DNA from: Nemertoderma westbladi
Lineage: Eukaryota; Animalia; Xenacoelomorpha
Assembly (NCBI GenBank): GCA_032718475.1
Contig: JAUCBJ010003134.1
Span: 1-54,787 of the forward strand
DNA: 54,787 nt
Reading direction: 5' to 3'
Of this stretch, positions 21,096 through 34,529 are shown piece after piece. Under the pieces are notes generated by a model. That model worked only from the letters and a program-made list of their open reading frames with translations, was not told the DNA's origin and made no database searches. Each line of letters opens with the position of its first letter. Position 1 is the stretch's first letter. A program made the translations under genes and the position numbers.

Positions 21096-24000
21096 CTCTG
21101 AGATTTTCTCGGAGTTCTCATCAGAGTTTTTCGGGTGGGTGCCGATTCCTGGATTTTTAAGATCGGCATTGACCCCATGTGACAGTTTTGCGTGGATGAT
21201 TGTCGGCTGAGTGTTTCTGCAGTAGAGTTTTTTCGCCACCTTGGATGATCGAGGTGTCATACAGGAGGAACCGGTGCGGCGGTTGCGTTGAAGGACGCGC
21301 CCGGAAGCCATTCGTACCATGTACCGACGATTTGGTCCGACTTCGACAATCGTCTCGGTTTTGTCCCAGCGGTTGGTTGATGGGTTCTGAATGCGAACTG
21401 GGTTTCCAACAGTCAGTGGGTCGAGCGTCTTGGAGCCCTTATTGTATTGAGCTAGCGCTTTATCTTGGAATTCTGGGACCTTGGAATCCTTGGAATCCAA
21501 CTGGTTGCGGACTTTCTGATGGTCTGAGCGGAATGCGCGGCTGTGTGCATGGACCAGTGTGCGCGTCTGGTGGCCGGAGAGGATTTCGGCAGGTGATTTC
21601 CCTTGAGCCAAGGGCGAGTTCCATAACTCCATTAGTCCCTCCTTGAATGCATTGGAGGTCGTTGATCCGCCGACCTTTGTGCGGAGTGTTTTAAGTGCTT
21701 TGACCGCACTCTCTGCATATCCGTTGCTCTGAGCATATTCTGGCAAAGAGGGGCCCCATGTAACGCCGTAATCACGTAGGAAGTCATGGAGGGCGGAGCC
21801 TCAGAATTGAGTTCCCCCATCGCTGCGGTATCGGGTTGGAATGCCGAAATGCACGAAAACATCACAGAGGCACTCGACTGTTTTCGTGGAAGTTGGTGGA
21901 TTGTTGAATGTGTATATCTCTGGCCAACCAGAGTAACAGTCAGCAATAGCCAGGTAATGTTTCATTCAATGCGAAAAAATCGCCCGAAACATCCTCGAAA
22001 GGTCGATTGCTGGAGGATCTTGTATGATCGGTTTCTTTGGGAGGTTTGATTGGTGGGAGAGGCAAGCGCTGCCACCCTGAACTAGTTGCCGCACTTCGTT
22101 GGAGATACCCGGCCAATATAACGCCTGCCGGGTTTGTCGCAATGTCTTTTCGATCCCTTGGTGGGATGCGTGGATCCGATTAAGGGTTTCTTTCCGTGTC
22201 GCCTTGGGAATAATGAGATGGTGTCCATATAGGGCGAGGCCCCCATCAGTTGTAAGTTCGATGCGGATGAACCAATATGGCCCGGGTTAGTGCGGGTCTC
22301 AGTGGGGAATCCTGATTCGATTGCGTTGATAAATTGTTTATAGACCGGATCGTTTAGAGCCTTTTCGGTTAGTGATTTCAAGTGTGGGTCGCTAAGGTGT
22401 GATATCGACTGAGTGTCTGTGGGTTCCGCAATCTCGGCGAATTTCTGTAGCGTGAGTGCATGCAGAAAGTGGGTCATCTCGCCATCGTCCGTGACGTCGT
22501 CTGGGGTAGGGTCGTCGAGAGGGGAGCGAGATAACGCATCGGAAATTCGGTGATCCTTGCCCTTTTTCCATATCATTGTAAAATAGTATGGTATAAGTTT
22601 AGACTTTAGTTGTTGTAGTCTCGTATATTGTCTGTGTCATTTATCATATAGCGACCAATAATCATCACCAGTGGTTGGCGATTGGCAACCAGGGTGTTTG
22701 TGGCGAGGCCAAGCAAATATATTCTACATTTTTGGGTGGCCCAGACTGTGGCTAAGATTTCGAGTTCGACCATCGCGTATCGGGATTCAGTCGAGGAAAC
22801 GAAACGTGAACTGCATTCGACCAACTTCCAGTTGTCACCTTGTTTTTGGAGGAGAGCGTAGCCTAGCCCGTTCTTCCTGGAAGCGTCTGTTTGGAGAACA
22901 GTATGGACAGAGAGATCATGATCTTCTTAGTATGTTCAAATGTGTGATCATGATCGTCGATCCAGTGATATGGGTTCTTATGACTAAGAAGTGGGCGGAG
23001 TGGTGTTAGGGCTGATGCAATCTCGGTAGAGAATGGAGCTAACTGTTCGATGAGGCTGATAAAACTTCTCAGTTCAGTGAGAGTTGTTGGGCGAGGGAAC
23101 TCTGCGATTGCCTTAACTTTGGCGGGGTCAGCTCAAATTCCGTCGGGTACCAGAATGTATCCCCTAAATTTAACATTCAGGTGGGCCAGCTGTACCTTGT
23201 CGGGGTGGAGTTTAATACCGCGCTCCCGGCACTGCTGCAGGAATTCTCTCACATTGTGGAGATGTTCCTCTAATGTATCACTATAGATTAAAAAGTCGTC
23301 GACAATCTTGGAAGTATTTTTGAGTCCGTGAATAGCGTCGTCTCCTCCGCAGTTGTATTCATCGCCAGTCGAGATAAGTCCCATAGCACTCCTGAAATGG
23401 ATGTATCGGCCACACGGTGTCACGAACGTTGTCAGTAGCTGTGAAGGAGGATCGAGTGGGATCTGCCAGTAGCCGGATGATGCATCAAATACTGAAAAGT
23501 ATTTGGCAGAATTCGAGATCTCGCTGACAACGTCTCGCAGGTTTGGAGCAGGATACTTGAGCAGGAGCAAGGACGCTTGATTTGTTGTTTTAAGTTCCGC
23601 AGGTCTATGCAGAGCCGCAGCTTTCCGCTCGGTTTGCGAGTCACCATGAATGGATGGGCCCATTCCGTTGGCTCTGAGATCCGGGCAATTACTTTGCGTT
23701 TCTCTAAATTGTCTCAGAGTGATTTAACTTCATCGCGTAAGGCGAAGGGGAACAGCCTGGCGCCGTTTACGTGAAATGGCATCACCCCTTCCTTTAACTC
23801 AATATGCATTGCGGGGCCGTCCATCACGTCGAGGGTCTGGGCCTCGTCATCAAACACATCGGAAAATTCTTCCAAGAGTTGGTTAGGTTACAGTGGGTAT
23901 ATGGTGTGTATGTATATAGTGGGTATATGGATGATACAGTTAACTGGAAGTTGTTGTGGGAACTTCTTCGAAATTATTCCAAGGTCTTCGATTGTTTTAC

Positions 24001-24130
24001 GGGATAAAATCAATCCCTTAATTTCAGGAGAAACAAAGATTTCGGTAGTCGAAGAGGACCCATGGTGCTCGATTCGTGCGGGGAATCGGCCAGTAATTTC
24101 GAGGTGAAGGCCGTCTGCGGCCAACAGGTC
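21096..24130 (-). mobile_element. Decayed Ty3/Gypsy pol (protease end, RT, RNase H, integrase)
   Basis: Order PR-RT-RH-IN. Motifs: [86 protein letters not shown]...W. Many frameshifts and stops; no gag or 5' LTR seen. Confidence 0.92.
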
Positions 24131-24772
24131 GACGGTGCAGCTGGGGGGTAAGATCCCTTATCTTTCTGAATCTTCTTTTCTTATTTCTTATCTTATCTTT
24201 CTTTTCTATCTTTGCTGAAATTTTTTCACTATGGGGGTTTCCATAGTCGCTGATTTCAATTCTGATGTCAGTTTTCAAATTTGGACAAATTAACTCCGTC
24301 TGTCTCGATGTCTGTAGAAATGTCTGCCTGTCTGTTGGTTTGTCCGTCAAAATATAATAAAAGACGCGAAATATCTAAAAGTTTTGCTTTGGGGGTTTTC
24401 CATGTCGCTGATTTCATTTCCGATGTCAGTTTTGATTTTTGGTTGAATTTTATCTGTCTATTTGTTATATATGATGCAATAGGACCAGCTGGGCAGTAGA
24501 TTAACCATCCACCCCAGGGGATATGTCAGGTATCTCTAATTTATCAAACAAACGGAATAACAGAATCGGAAACTCATATCTCTACATGCAGCACTGGTAA
24601 TAAATAATATTCGGCTCTTTCACATACAAACACAGAGGATGAATAAAAAGTAAACTTAAAATTCACGTCTCATGATTCAAGTATCTTTGTTTTCATTGGA
24701 TAATTTAAATATTCTACGGTAGTATAAGCTACCAGTCTACCGGTGAAGTGGTTAAGCGAAAGCTGATAATAC

Positions 24773-26843
24773 TGTGGGAAGGTGGATTGGAATGGGGGAA
24801 GATGGGAATGTGGGAAGGTGGATGGGAATGTGAGAAGATGGGAATGTGGGAAGATGGGACTGTGGGAATATGGGAATGTGGGAATGTGGGAAGATGGAAA
24901 TGTGGGAAGATGGGAATGTAGGAAGAAGGGAATGAGGGAAGGTGGGAATGTGGGAATGCGGGAAGATGGAAATGTGGGAATGTGGGAATGTGAGAAGATG
25001 GAAATGTGGGAATGTGGGAATGTGGGAATGTAGGAAGAAGGGAATGAGGGAAGGTGGGAATGTGGGAATGAGGGAAGGTGGGAATGTGGGAATGCGGGAA
25101 GATGGAAATGTGGGAATATGGGAATGTGGGAATGTGGGAAGATGGGAAGGTAGGAATGTGGGATGATGGGAATGTGGGAAGATGGGAATGTGGGAATGTG
25201 GGAAGATGGGAATGTGGGAAGGTGGGAATGTGGGAATGTGGGAAGATGGGAATGTGGGAAGGTGGGAATGTGGGAATATGGGAATGTGGGAAGATGGGAA
25301 TGTTGGAAGGTGGGTGGGAATGTAGGAAGATGGGAATGTGGGAAGGTGGGTGGGAATGTAGGAAGATGGGAATGTGGGAAGGTTGATGGGAATGTGGGAA
25401 GATGGGAATGTGGGAAGGTGGATGGGAATGTGAGAAGATGGGAATGTGGGAAGATGGGACTGTGGGAATATGGGAATGTGGGAATGTGGGAAGATGGAAA
25501 TGTGGGAAGATGGAAATGTGGGAATGTAGGAAGAAGGGAATGCGGGAAGATGGAAATGTGGGAAGGTGGGAATGTGGGAATATGGGAATGTGGGAAGATG
25601 GGAATGTTGGAAGGTGGGTGGGAATGTAGGAAGATGGGAATGTGGGAAGGTGGGTGGGAATGTAGGAAGATGGGAATGTGGGAAGGTTGATGGGAATGTG
25701 GGAAGATGGGAATGTGGGAAGGTGGATGGGAATGTGAGAAGATGGGAATGTGGGAAGGTGGGAATGTGGGAATGTGGGAATATGGGAATGTGGGTGGGAA
25801 GATGGGAATGTGGGAAGGTGGGTGGGAACGTAGGAAGTGAGAATGTGGGAAGGTGGGTGGGAATGTAGGAAGATGGGAATGTGGGAAGGTGAATGGGAAT
25901 GTGGGAAGATGGGAATGCGGGAAGGTGGATGTGAATTTTGGAAGGTGGGCGGGAATGTAGGAAGATGGTTATTTGGGAAGTTGGGTGGGAATGTAGGAAG
26001 ATGGGAATGTGGGTGGGAATGTGGGAAGGTGGGAATGTAGGAAGATGGGAATGTGGTAAGATGGCATGTGGGAAGATGGGAATGTGGGAAGGTGGATGGG
26101 AATTTGGGAAGGTGGGTGGGAATGTAGGAAGATGGGAATGTGGGAAGATGGATGGGAATTGTCGTAAAATTTATACTGTATGTATAACTTTAATTGTGAA
26201 AAAGTATACCATACTTATTCAGTTAGTCTGTAGTTGCTACCGTAATTGTGCACCGGAAGTTCCGGTACCTCTTCTGCTGTATGTATAGGCCTTTTTCTGC
26301 CGTTCAGTTGACAATGTCAGTCAATCTGCATGTGTGCTGTGCACTTCTTCAATGTTAATTACTACCTCTTACTATTTTAAATGTACGTTTTATATGACTA
26401 TGAAGAGAATTAACATTTCTTTTCCCAACGAAACACAACGCAAAACATGGGATTAACATTCCTCAAGACATTACCGTAAACGCCCCCAATCCTCGACAGG
26501 AATGTGGGAAGATGGGAATGCGGAAAGGTGGATGGGAATTTGAGAAGGTGGACTGGACGGGAATGTAGGAAGATGGGAATGTGGGAAGTTGGATGGGAAT
26601 GTGGGAAGGTGGGTGGGAATGAGGAAGATGTGAATATGGGAAGGTGGATGGGAATGTGGGAAGATGGGAATGCGGGAAGGTGTATGGGAATGTGTGAATA
26701 TGGGTGGGAATGTGGGAAGGTGGGTGGGAATGTAGGAAGATGGGAATGTGGGAAGGTGGATGGGAATGTGGGTGGGAATGTAGGAAGACGGAATGTAGGA
26801 AGATGGAATGTAGCGAGATCGGAATGTGGGAAGATGGGAATGT
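24773..26843 (+). repeat. G-rich complex simple repeat (GGGAATGT / GGGAAGAT / GGTGGAT units)
   Basis: Directly visible; interrupted at 26160-26498. Confidence 0.95.
26160..26498. mobile_element. 339-bp solo LTR inserted in the G-rich array
   Basis: TGTCG...CGACA termini with a 5-bp flanking duplication GGAAT (26155-26159 and 26499-26503). Confidence 0.7.
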
Positions 26844-26859
26844 ACGTTATTTTTACCTA

Positions 26860-29800
26860 CAAAAAGAGGGAAAGGAGCAGATTACAGAGGCTGGCTTTTC
26901 TAACCAAAACAATAAACGATATTGTTACCAATTGATGGAGAGGAGATGGTTAAAGAGGCGGGCTTTTCTAACCAAAACAATAAACGATATTGTTACCAAT
27001 TGAGGGAAAGGTACAGGTTACAAGGACGCTCTTTCTAACCAAAACAATAAACGATGTTGTTACCAATTGAGTGAAAGGAGCAGGTTACAGACGCGGGCTT
27101 TTCTAACCAAAACAATAAACGATGTTGTTGCCTACCAATCTAGGGAAAGGAGCAGGTTACCGAGGCGGGCTTTTCTAACCAAAACATTAAACGATATTGT
27201 TACCAATTGATGGAGAGGAGATGGTTAAAGAGGCGGGCTTTTCTAACCAAAACAATAAACGATATTGTTACCAATTGAGGGAAAGGTACAGGTTACAAGG
27301 ACGCTCTTTCTAACCAAAACAATAAACGATGTTGTTACCAATTGAGTGAATGGAGCAGGTTACAGACGCGGGCTTTTCTAACCAAAACAATAAACGATGT
27401 TGTTGCCTACCAATCTAGGGAAAGGAGCAGGTTACAGAGGCGGGCTTTTCTAACCAAAACAATACACGATATTGTTACCAATTGATGGAGAGGAGATGGT
27501 TAAAGAGGCGGGCTTTTCTAACCAAAACAATAAACGATATTGTTACCAATTGAGGGAAAGGTACAGGTTACAAGGACGCTCTTTCTAACCAAAACAATAA
27601 ACGATGTTGTTACCAATTGAGGGAAAGGAGCAGGTTACAGAAGCGGGCTCTTCTAACCAAAACAATAAACGATGTTGTTACCAATTGAGGGAAAGGAGCA
27701 GGTTACAGAGGCGGGCTTTTCTAACCAAAACAATAAACGATATTGTTACCAATTGAGGGAGAGGAGATGGTTAAAGAGGCGGGCTTTTCTAACCAAAACA
27801 ATAAACGATATTGTTACCAATTGAGGGAAAGGTACAGGTTACAAGGACGCTCTTTCTAACCAAAACAATAAACGATGTTGTTACCAATTGAGGGAAAGAG
27901 CAGGTTACAGACGCGGGCTTTTCTAACCAAAACAATAAACGATATTGTTACCAATTGAGGGAAAGGTACAGGTTACATGGACGCTCTTTCTAACCAAAAC
28001 AATAAACGATGTTGTTACCAATTGAGTGAAAGGAGCAGGTTACAGAAGCGGGATTTTCTAACCAAAACAATAAACGATGTTTTTACCAATTGAGGGAAAG
28101 GAGCAGGTTACAGAGGCGGGCTTTTCTAACCAAAACAATAAACGATATTGTTACCAATTGAGGGAAGGGTGCAGGTTACAGAAGCGGGCTTTTCTAACCA
28201 AAACAATAAACGATGTTTTTACCAATTGAGGGAAAGGAGCAGGTTACAGAGGCGGGCTTTTGTAAACGAAACAATAAACGATGTTGTTGCCTACCAATCT
28301 AGGGAAAGGAGTAGGTTACAGAGGCGGGCCTTTCTAACCAAAACAATAAACGATATTGTTACCAATTGAGGGAAGGGTGCAGGTTACAAGGACGCTCTTT
28401 CTAACCAAAACAATAAACTATGTTGTTACCAATTGAGGGAAAGGAGCAGGTTACAGAAGCGGGCTCTTCTAACCAAAACAATAAACGATGTTGTTACCAA
28501 TTGAGGGAAAGGAGCAGGTTACAGAGGCGGGCTTTTCTAACCAAAACAACAAACGATATTGTTACCAATTGATGGAGAGGAGATGGTTAAAGAGGCGGGC
28601 TTTTCTAACCAAAACAATAAACGATATTGTTACCAATTGAGGGAAAGGTACAGGTTACAAGGACGCTCTTTCTAACCAAAACAATAAACGATGTTGTTAC
28701 CAATTGAGGGAAAGGAGCAGGTTACAGACGCGGGCTTTTCTAACCAAAACAATAAACGATATTGTTACCAATTGAGGGAAAGGTACAGGTTACATGGACG
28801 CTCTTTCTAACCAAAACAATAAACGATGTTGTTACCAATTGAGTGAAAGGAGCAGGTTACAGAAGCGGGCTTTTCTAACCAAAACAATAAACGATGTTTT
28901 TACCAATTGAGGGAAAGGAGCAGGTTACAGAGGCGGGCTTTTGTAAACGAAACAATAAACGATGTTGTTGCCTACCAATCTAGGGAAAGGAGTAGGTTAC
29001 AGAGGCGGGCTTTTCTAACCAAAACAATAAACGATATTGTTACCAATTGAGGGAGAGGAGATGGTTAAAGAGGCGGGCTTTTCTAACCAAAACAATAAAC
29101 GATATTGTTACCAATTGAGGGAAGGGTGCAGGTTACAAGGACGCTCTTTCTAACCAAAACAATAAACGATGTTGTTACCAATTGAGTGAAAGGAGCAGGT
29201 TACAGAAGCGGGCTTTTCTAACCAAAACAATAAACGATGTTGTTACCAATTGAGGGAAAGGAGCAGGTTACAGAAGCGGGCTTTTGTAAACGAAACAATA
29301 AACGATGTTGTTGCCTACCAATCTAGGGAAAGGAGCAGGTTACAGAGGCGGGCTTTTCTAACCAAAACAATAAACGATATTGTTACCAATTGAGGGAGAG
29401 GAGATGGTTAAAGAGGCGGGCTTTTCTAACCAAAACAATAAACGATATTGTTACCAATTGAGGGAAAGGTGCAGGTTACAAGGACGCTCTTTCTAACCAA
29501 AACAATAAACGATGTTGTTACCAATTGAGCGAAAGGAGCAGGTTACAGAAGCGGGTTCTTCTAACCAAAACAATAAACGATGTTGTTACCAATTGAGGGA
29601 AAGGAGCAGGTTACAGAGGCGGGCTTTTCTAACCAAAACAATAAACGATATTGTTACCAATTGAGGGAGAGGAGATGGTTAAAGAGGCGGGCTTTTCTAA
29701 CCAAAACAATAAACGATATTGTTACCAATTGAGGGAAAGGTACAGGTTACATGGACGCTCTTTCTAACCAAAACATTAAACGATATTGTTACCAATTGAG

Positions 29801-31466
29801 GGAGAGGAGATGGTTAAAGAGGCGGGCTTTTCTAACCAAAACAATAAACGATATTGTTACCAATTGAGGGAAGGGTGCAGGTTACAAGGACGCTCTTTCT
29901 AACCAAAACAATAAACGATGTTGTTACCAATTGAGTGAAAGGAGCAGGTTACAGAAGCGGGCTTTTCTAACCAAAACAATAAACGATGTTGTTACCAATT
30001 GAGGGAAAGGAGCAGGTTACAGAAGCGGGCTTTTGTAAACGAAACAATAAACGATGTTGTTGCCTACCAATCTAGGGAAAGGAGCAGGTTACAGAGGCGG
30101 GCTTTTCTAACCAAAACAATAAACGATATTGTTACCAATTGAGGGAGAGGAGATGGTTAAAGAGGCGGGCTTTTCTAACCAAAACAATAAACGATATTGT
30201 TACCAATTGAGGGAAAGGTGCAGGTTACAAGGACGCTCTTTCTAACCAAAACAATAAACGATGTTGTTACCAATTGAGCGAAAGGAGCAGGTTACAGAAG
30301 CGGGTTCTTCTAACCAAAACAATAAACGATGTTGTTACCAATTGAGGGAAAGGAGCAGGTTACAGAGGCGGGCTTTTCTAACCAAAACAATAAACGATAT
30401 TGTTACCAATTGAGGGAGAGGAGATGGTTAAAGAGGCGGGCTTTTCTAACCAAAACAATAAACGATATTGTTACCAATTGAGGGAAAGGTACAGGTTACA
30501 TGGACGCTCTTTCTAACCAAAACAATAAACGATGTTGTTACCAATTGAGGGAAAGGAGCAAGTTACAGAGGCGGGCTTTTATAGCCAAAACAATAAACGA
30601 TATTGTTACCAATTGAGGGAAAGGAGAAGGTTACAGAGGCAATAAACGATGTTGTTGCCTACCAATCTAGGGAAAGGAACAGGTTACAGAGGCGGGCTTT
30701 TCTAACCTAAACAATAAACAATATTGTTACCAATTGAGGGAGAGGTGATGGTTAAAGAGGCGGGCTTTTCTAACCAAAACAATAAACGATATTGTTACCA
30801 ATTGAGGGAAAGGTGCAGGTTACAAGGACGCTCTTTCTAACCAAAACAATAAACGATGTTGTCACCAATTGAGTGAAAGGAGCAGGTTACAGAAGCGGGC
30901 TTTTCTAACCAAAACAACAAACGATATTGTTACCAATTGAGGGAGAAGTGCAGGCTACAGTGGCGGGCTTTTCTAACCAAAACAATAAACGATATTGTTA
31001 TCAATTGTGGGAAAGAAGCAGGTTACAGGGACGCTCTTTCTAACCAAAACAATAAACGATGTTGTTACCAATTGAGAAAAAGGAGCAGGTTACAGGGACG
31101 CTCTTTCTAACCAAAACAATAAACGATGTTGTTACCATCTGAGGGACAGGAGCAGGTTACAGGGACGCTCTTTCTAACCAAAACAATAAACGATGTTGTT
31201 ACCAATTGAGGGAATGAAGCACGTTACAGAGACGGGCTTTTCTAACCAAAACAATAAACGATATTGTTACCAATTGAGGGAAAGGAGCAGGTTACAGAGG
31301 CGGGCTTTTCTAAACGAAACAATAAACTATGTTGTTACCAATTGAAGGAGAGGAGTAGTTTACAGAGGCGGCTTTTCTAAACAAAACAATAAATATTGTT
31401 TTTACCTACCAATTGAGAGAAAGGAGCAGGTCACAGCAGCGGGCATTTCTAACCCAAACAATAAAC
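26860..31466 (+). repeat. About 68-bp satellite (67-72 bp monomers, about 68 copies) with higher-order structure
   Basis: Core TTTCTAACCAAAACAATAAACGAT(A/G)TTGTTACCAATTGA. A 275-bp 4-mer period is seen at 26927/27202/27477. The array resumes at 34373-34530. Confidence 0.95.
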
Positions 31467-34368
31467 CGTCACCTTCAAGGCAGAACCCCCTAAGTCGATT
31501 TTTTTCGATTTTCATGTTTTTGACTTTTTGGGTAATTCGATATCGGCTTTTTCGTCTGGCAGAACCCCGAAGCTTTTCTACCAGCCATTTTTGAGTTATA
31601 AGCCAAAGACAGTTCCCCGTAACTTACGCCCACTTCGAGGCAGAACCCCCCAAGTCAATAATTGGCTTGCAAAACACCGTAAATTCAAGTATAGGAAATT
31701 CAGTCCACCTGGCAAAACCCCTTAAATCAGAAATAACAACCTGTAAAACCCCTTAAATCAGAAACAATAGCCTGGCAAAACCCCGTAATTTATCATTTAT
31801 ATACTGGTTTGTATTGCGGCCAGGACACAAATATTAATTAGGGACACAAACATTATTGAGGGACGCAAACATTAATGAGGGACACAAAACATTAATAGGG
31901 CAGGGGTCCATGGTTGCCAATGGATATTAATATGAGCGATGGTGATGCTTGCCATCAGATGATTAGATATTAAGTGATTAACTGGAAAAAATACTACCAT
32001 GGGAACGTGAGCTTCGATCAAAGTACCGCAGTTTCGTTTTTAATATTTTCAATTTACCTCCTACAACCACCATTCATGTTACCCCCCCCCCCCCCCCCCC
32101 CCCCCTTTCCTGTCTCCCCCTCATGTTCATCATTTTTTTACTCCTACTCCTTCCCTTTTTAGTAACAACATCGTTTATTGTTTTGGTTAGAAAAACCATC
32201 TCTGTAACCTGATCCTTTCCTTCAATTGGCAATAACATAGTTTATTGGTTTGGTCAGATTAATATGTTATTATTTATTGTTGTTATTTTATTGCTTGACA
32301 GTAATGAGAATTGTAATACTGTAATATATTGTATGTGTGTATGTATGTATGAGTGGTAACATGAATCATACTAAGTGCGAAGGGCGATAGTGCCCATGAT
32401 TAATGTTTGTGCCCTTGATTGATATCTGTCCCTCGTTTATTGTTTGTGTCCCTCAGTAATGTTTGTGTATCTCATTAATGTTTGTGTCCCTCATTAATGT
32501 TTGTGTCCCTCATTAATGTTTGTGTCCCTCATTAATGTTTGTGTATCTCATTAATGTTTGTGTCCCTCATTAATGTTGTGTCCCTCATTAATGTTTGTGT
32601 CCCTCATTAATGTTTGTGTATCTCATTAATGTTTGTGTCCCTCATTAATGTTGTGTCCCTCATTAATGTTTGTGTCCCTCATTAATATTTGTGTTCCTCA
32701 TTAATGTTTGTGTCCCTCATTAATGTTTGTGTCCCTCATTAATGTTTGTGTCCCTCATTAATGTTTGTGTCCCTCATTAATGTTTGTGCCCTTGATTGAT
32801 ATCTGTCCCTCGTTTATTGTTTGTGTCCCTCATTAATGTTTGTGTCGCTCATTAATGTTTGTGTCCCTCATTAATATTTGTGTACCTCATTAATGTTAGT
32901 GTCCCTCAATTAATGTTTGTGTCCCTCATTAATGTTGTGTCCCTCATTAATGTTTGTGTCCCTCGTTAATGTTTGTGTCCCTCATTAATGTTTGTGTCCC
33001 TCATTAATGTTTGTGCCCTTGATTGATATCTGTCCCTCGTTTATTGTTTGTGTCCCTCATTAATGTTTGTGTCCCTCATTAATGTTTGTGTCCCTCATTA
33101 ATATTTGTGTTCTTCATTAATGTTTGTGTTCCACATTAATGTTTGTGTCCTATATCAATGTTTATGTCCCACATTATTGTTTGTGTCCTACATCAATGTT
33201 TATGTCCCACATTAATGTTTGTCACCCTGATTAATGTTTGTCCCACACTAATGTTTGTGGCGCTGATAAATATCTGTCCCTCATTTAATGTTTGTCTCCA
33301 AGTTGCTATGGGGTTCAGGACGTTTTGGATAACTTGGTCAGTAACAAGCAACTTAATTTGAGTAACATTAACTTTTAGTCTCCGTTATATGAGGCATCTT
33401 TTACAGCAACAAACTTCGCGTTTACATAGAGCAACTTGATCGGCAACCTGACAGGCTCACTAAGTTGCTGATAGAGTTGCTCAAAATGTTGCCACGTACT
33501 GTAGAAAAAACAGGTCTTTAATTATTCGTCATGACGTACTGTAAGTAAACTTTACTTTAACGTAGCTGTAACCCTGTAGCTAGACTTTGTTCTTACTGTA
33601 GAGTACCACCCATGGCTATATTTTGTACTTAGAGTTCCGCTTTCTTGAATCTAAATTTTGTTCTTATAGTTCTGCATTTGGCTACATTTTGTTCAATTTG
33701 TATTGATACATGATTCTAACTACAGTCCCGTACTTATTTTAGAAGCAATTAATACCAAAATATCAAAAACTTATGGAGCCCTTTAGATTTTAGAATTCAA
33801 AAATTTCCAACATGTGCGCAAGTGTGTTAGCTATATTGTATGCGATTATTTGTTATTATTGCGTTTACAGGCAATACTAACACCTGATCATGTGCTAGTT
33901 AACATCTAGATAGCACTTTTAGCTAATAACAAATGCGCACATGTATTACGTGCGCACTACGCACTAAATTATTAAGGACGTACGATACGCCTTGGCTATT
34001 ATTTGATATATTTTGCGTGTTTTTTGTAAAAATTCGTACTTATGGTGTTTTGCCAAATTGAGGATACCTTGTTTTCTAGGCAATACCCCGCAACTATCGT
34101 ATAGTTACGGGATAATACCAGAAAATGGTGTTCCCCTTTGTTTTGGCAAAACACCATAAGTCAGAATTTTTACAAAAAAACCGCAATATATTTCAAAGGT
34201 AATTCTAAATCATATTGAAAGTTTAATTATATGAATTCTATATATATTTAGTTATCAAAAAACACAATAACAAGTAAACTGAGGCATCTCTCTAAAAAAT
34301 AAACAGTTTTTATCGATTATCTCAGAACTACAAAAATCGACTTAGGGGGTTCTGCCTTGAAGGTGACG
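31467..34368. mobile_element. 2.9-kb non-autonomous TIR DNA transposon, superfamily unassigned
   Basis: Perfect 37-bp TIR CGTCACCTTCAAGGCAGAACCCCCTAAGTCGATTTTT and 4-bp TSD AAAC (31463-31466, 34369-34372). Subterminal GGCAGAACCCC repeats. Confidence 0.88.
32400..33295. repeat. 19-bp minisatellite TGTTTGTGTCCCTCATTAA inside the TIR element
   Basis: Tandem copies, with a few inverted copies at about 31820-31900. Confidence 0.92.
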
Positions 34369-34529
34369 AAACGTTGTTGTCTTGTTATCAACCAATTTAA
34401 GGAAAGGAGTAGGTTACAGAGGCGGGCTTTTCTAAACAAACAATAAACGTTGTTTTTACCTACCAATTGAGGGAAAGGAGCAGGTTACAGCAACGGGCTT
34501 TTCTATCCAAACAATATACATTGTTATTC

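Noticed and set aside
24782-27003. Many W/G/E/M-rich ORFs
   Set aside because: Stop-poor simple repeat that is open in several frames.
26860-31466. CRISPR-like look: a constant ~38-bp block alternating with ~30-bp variable segments
   Set aside because: The variable segments are a few mutually similar variants reused periodically, there are no cas genes, and the context is eukaryotic. It is a satellite.
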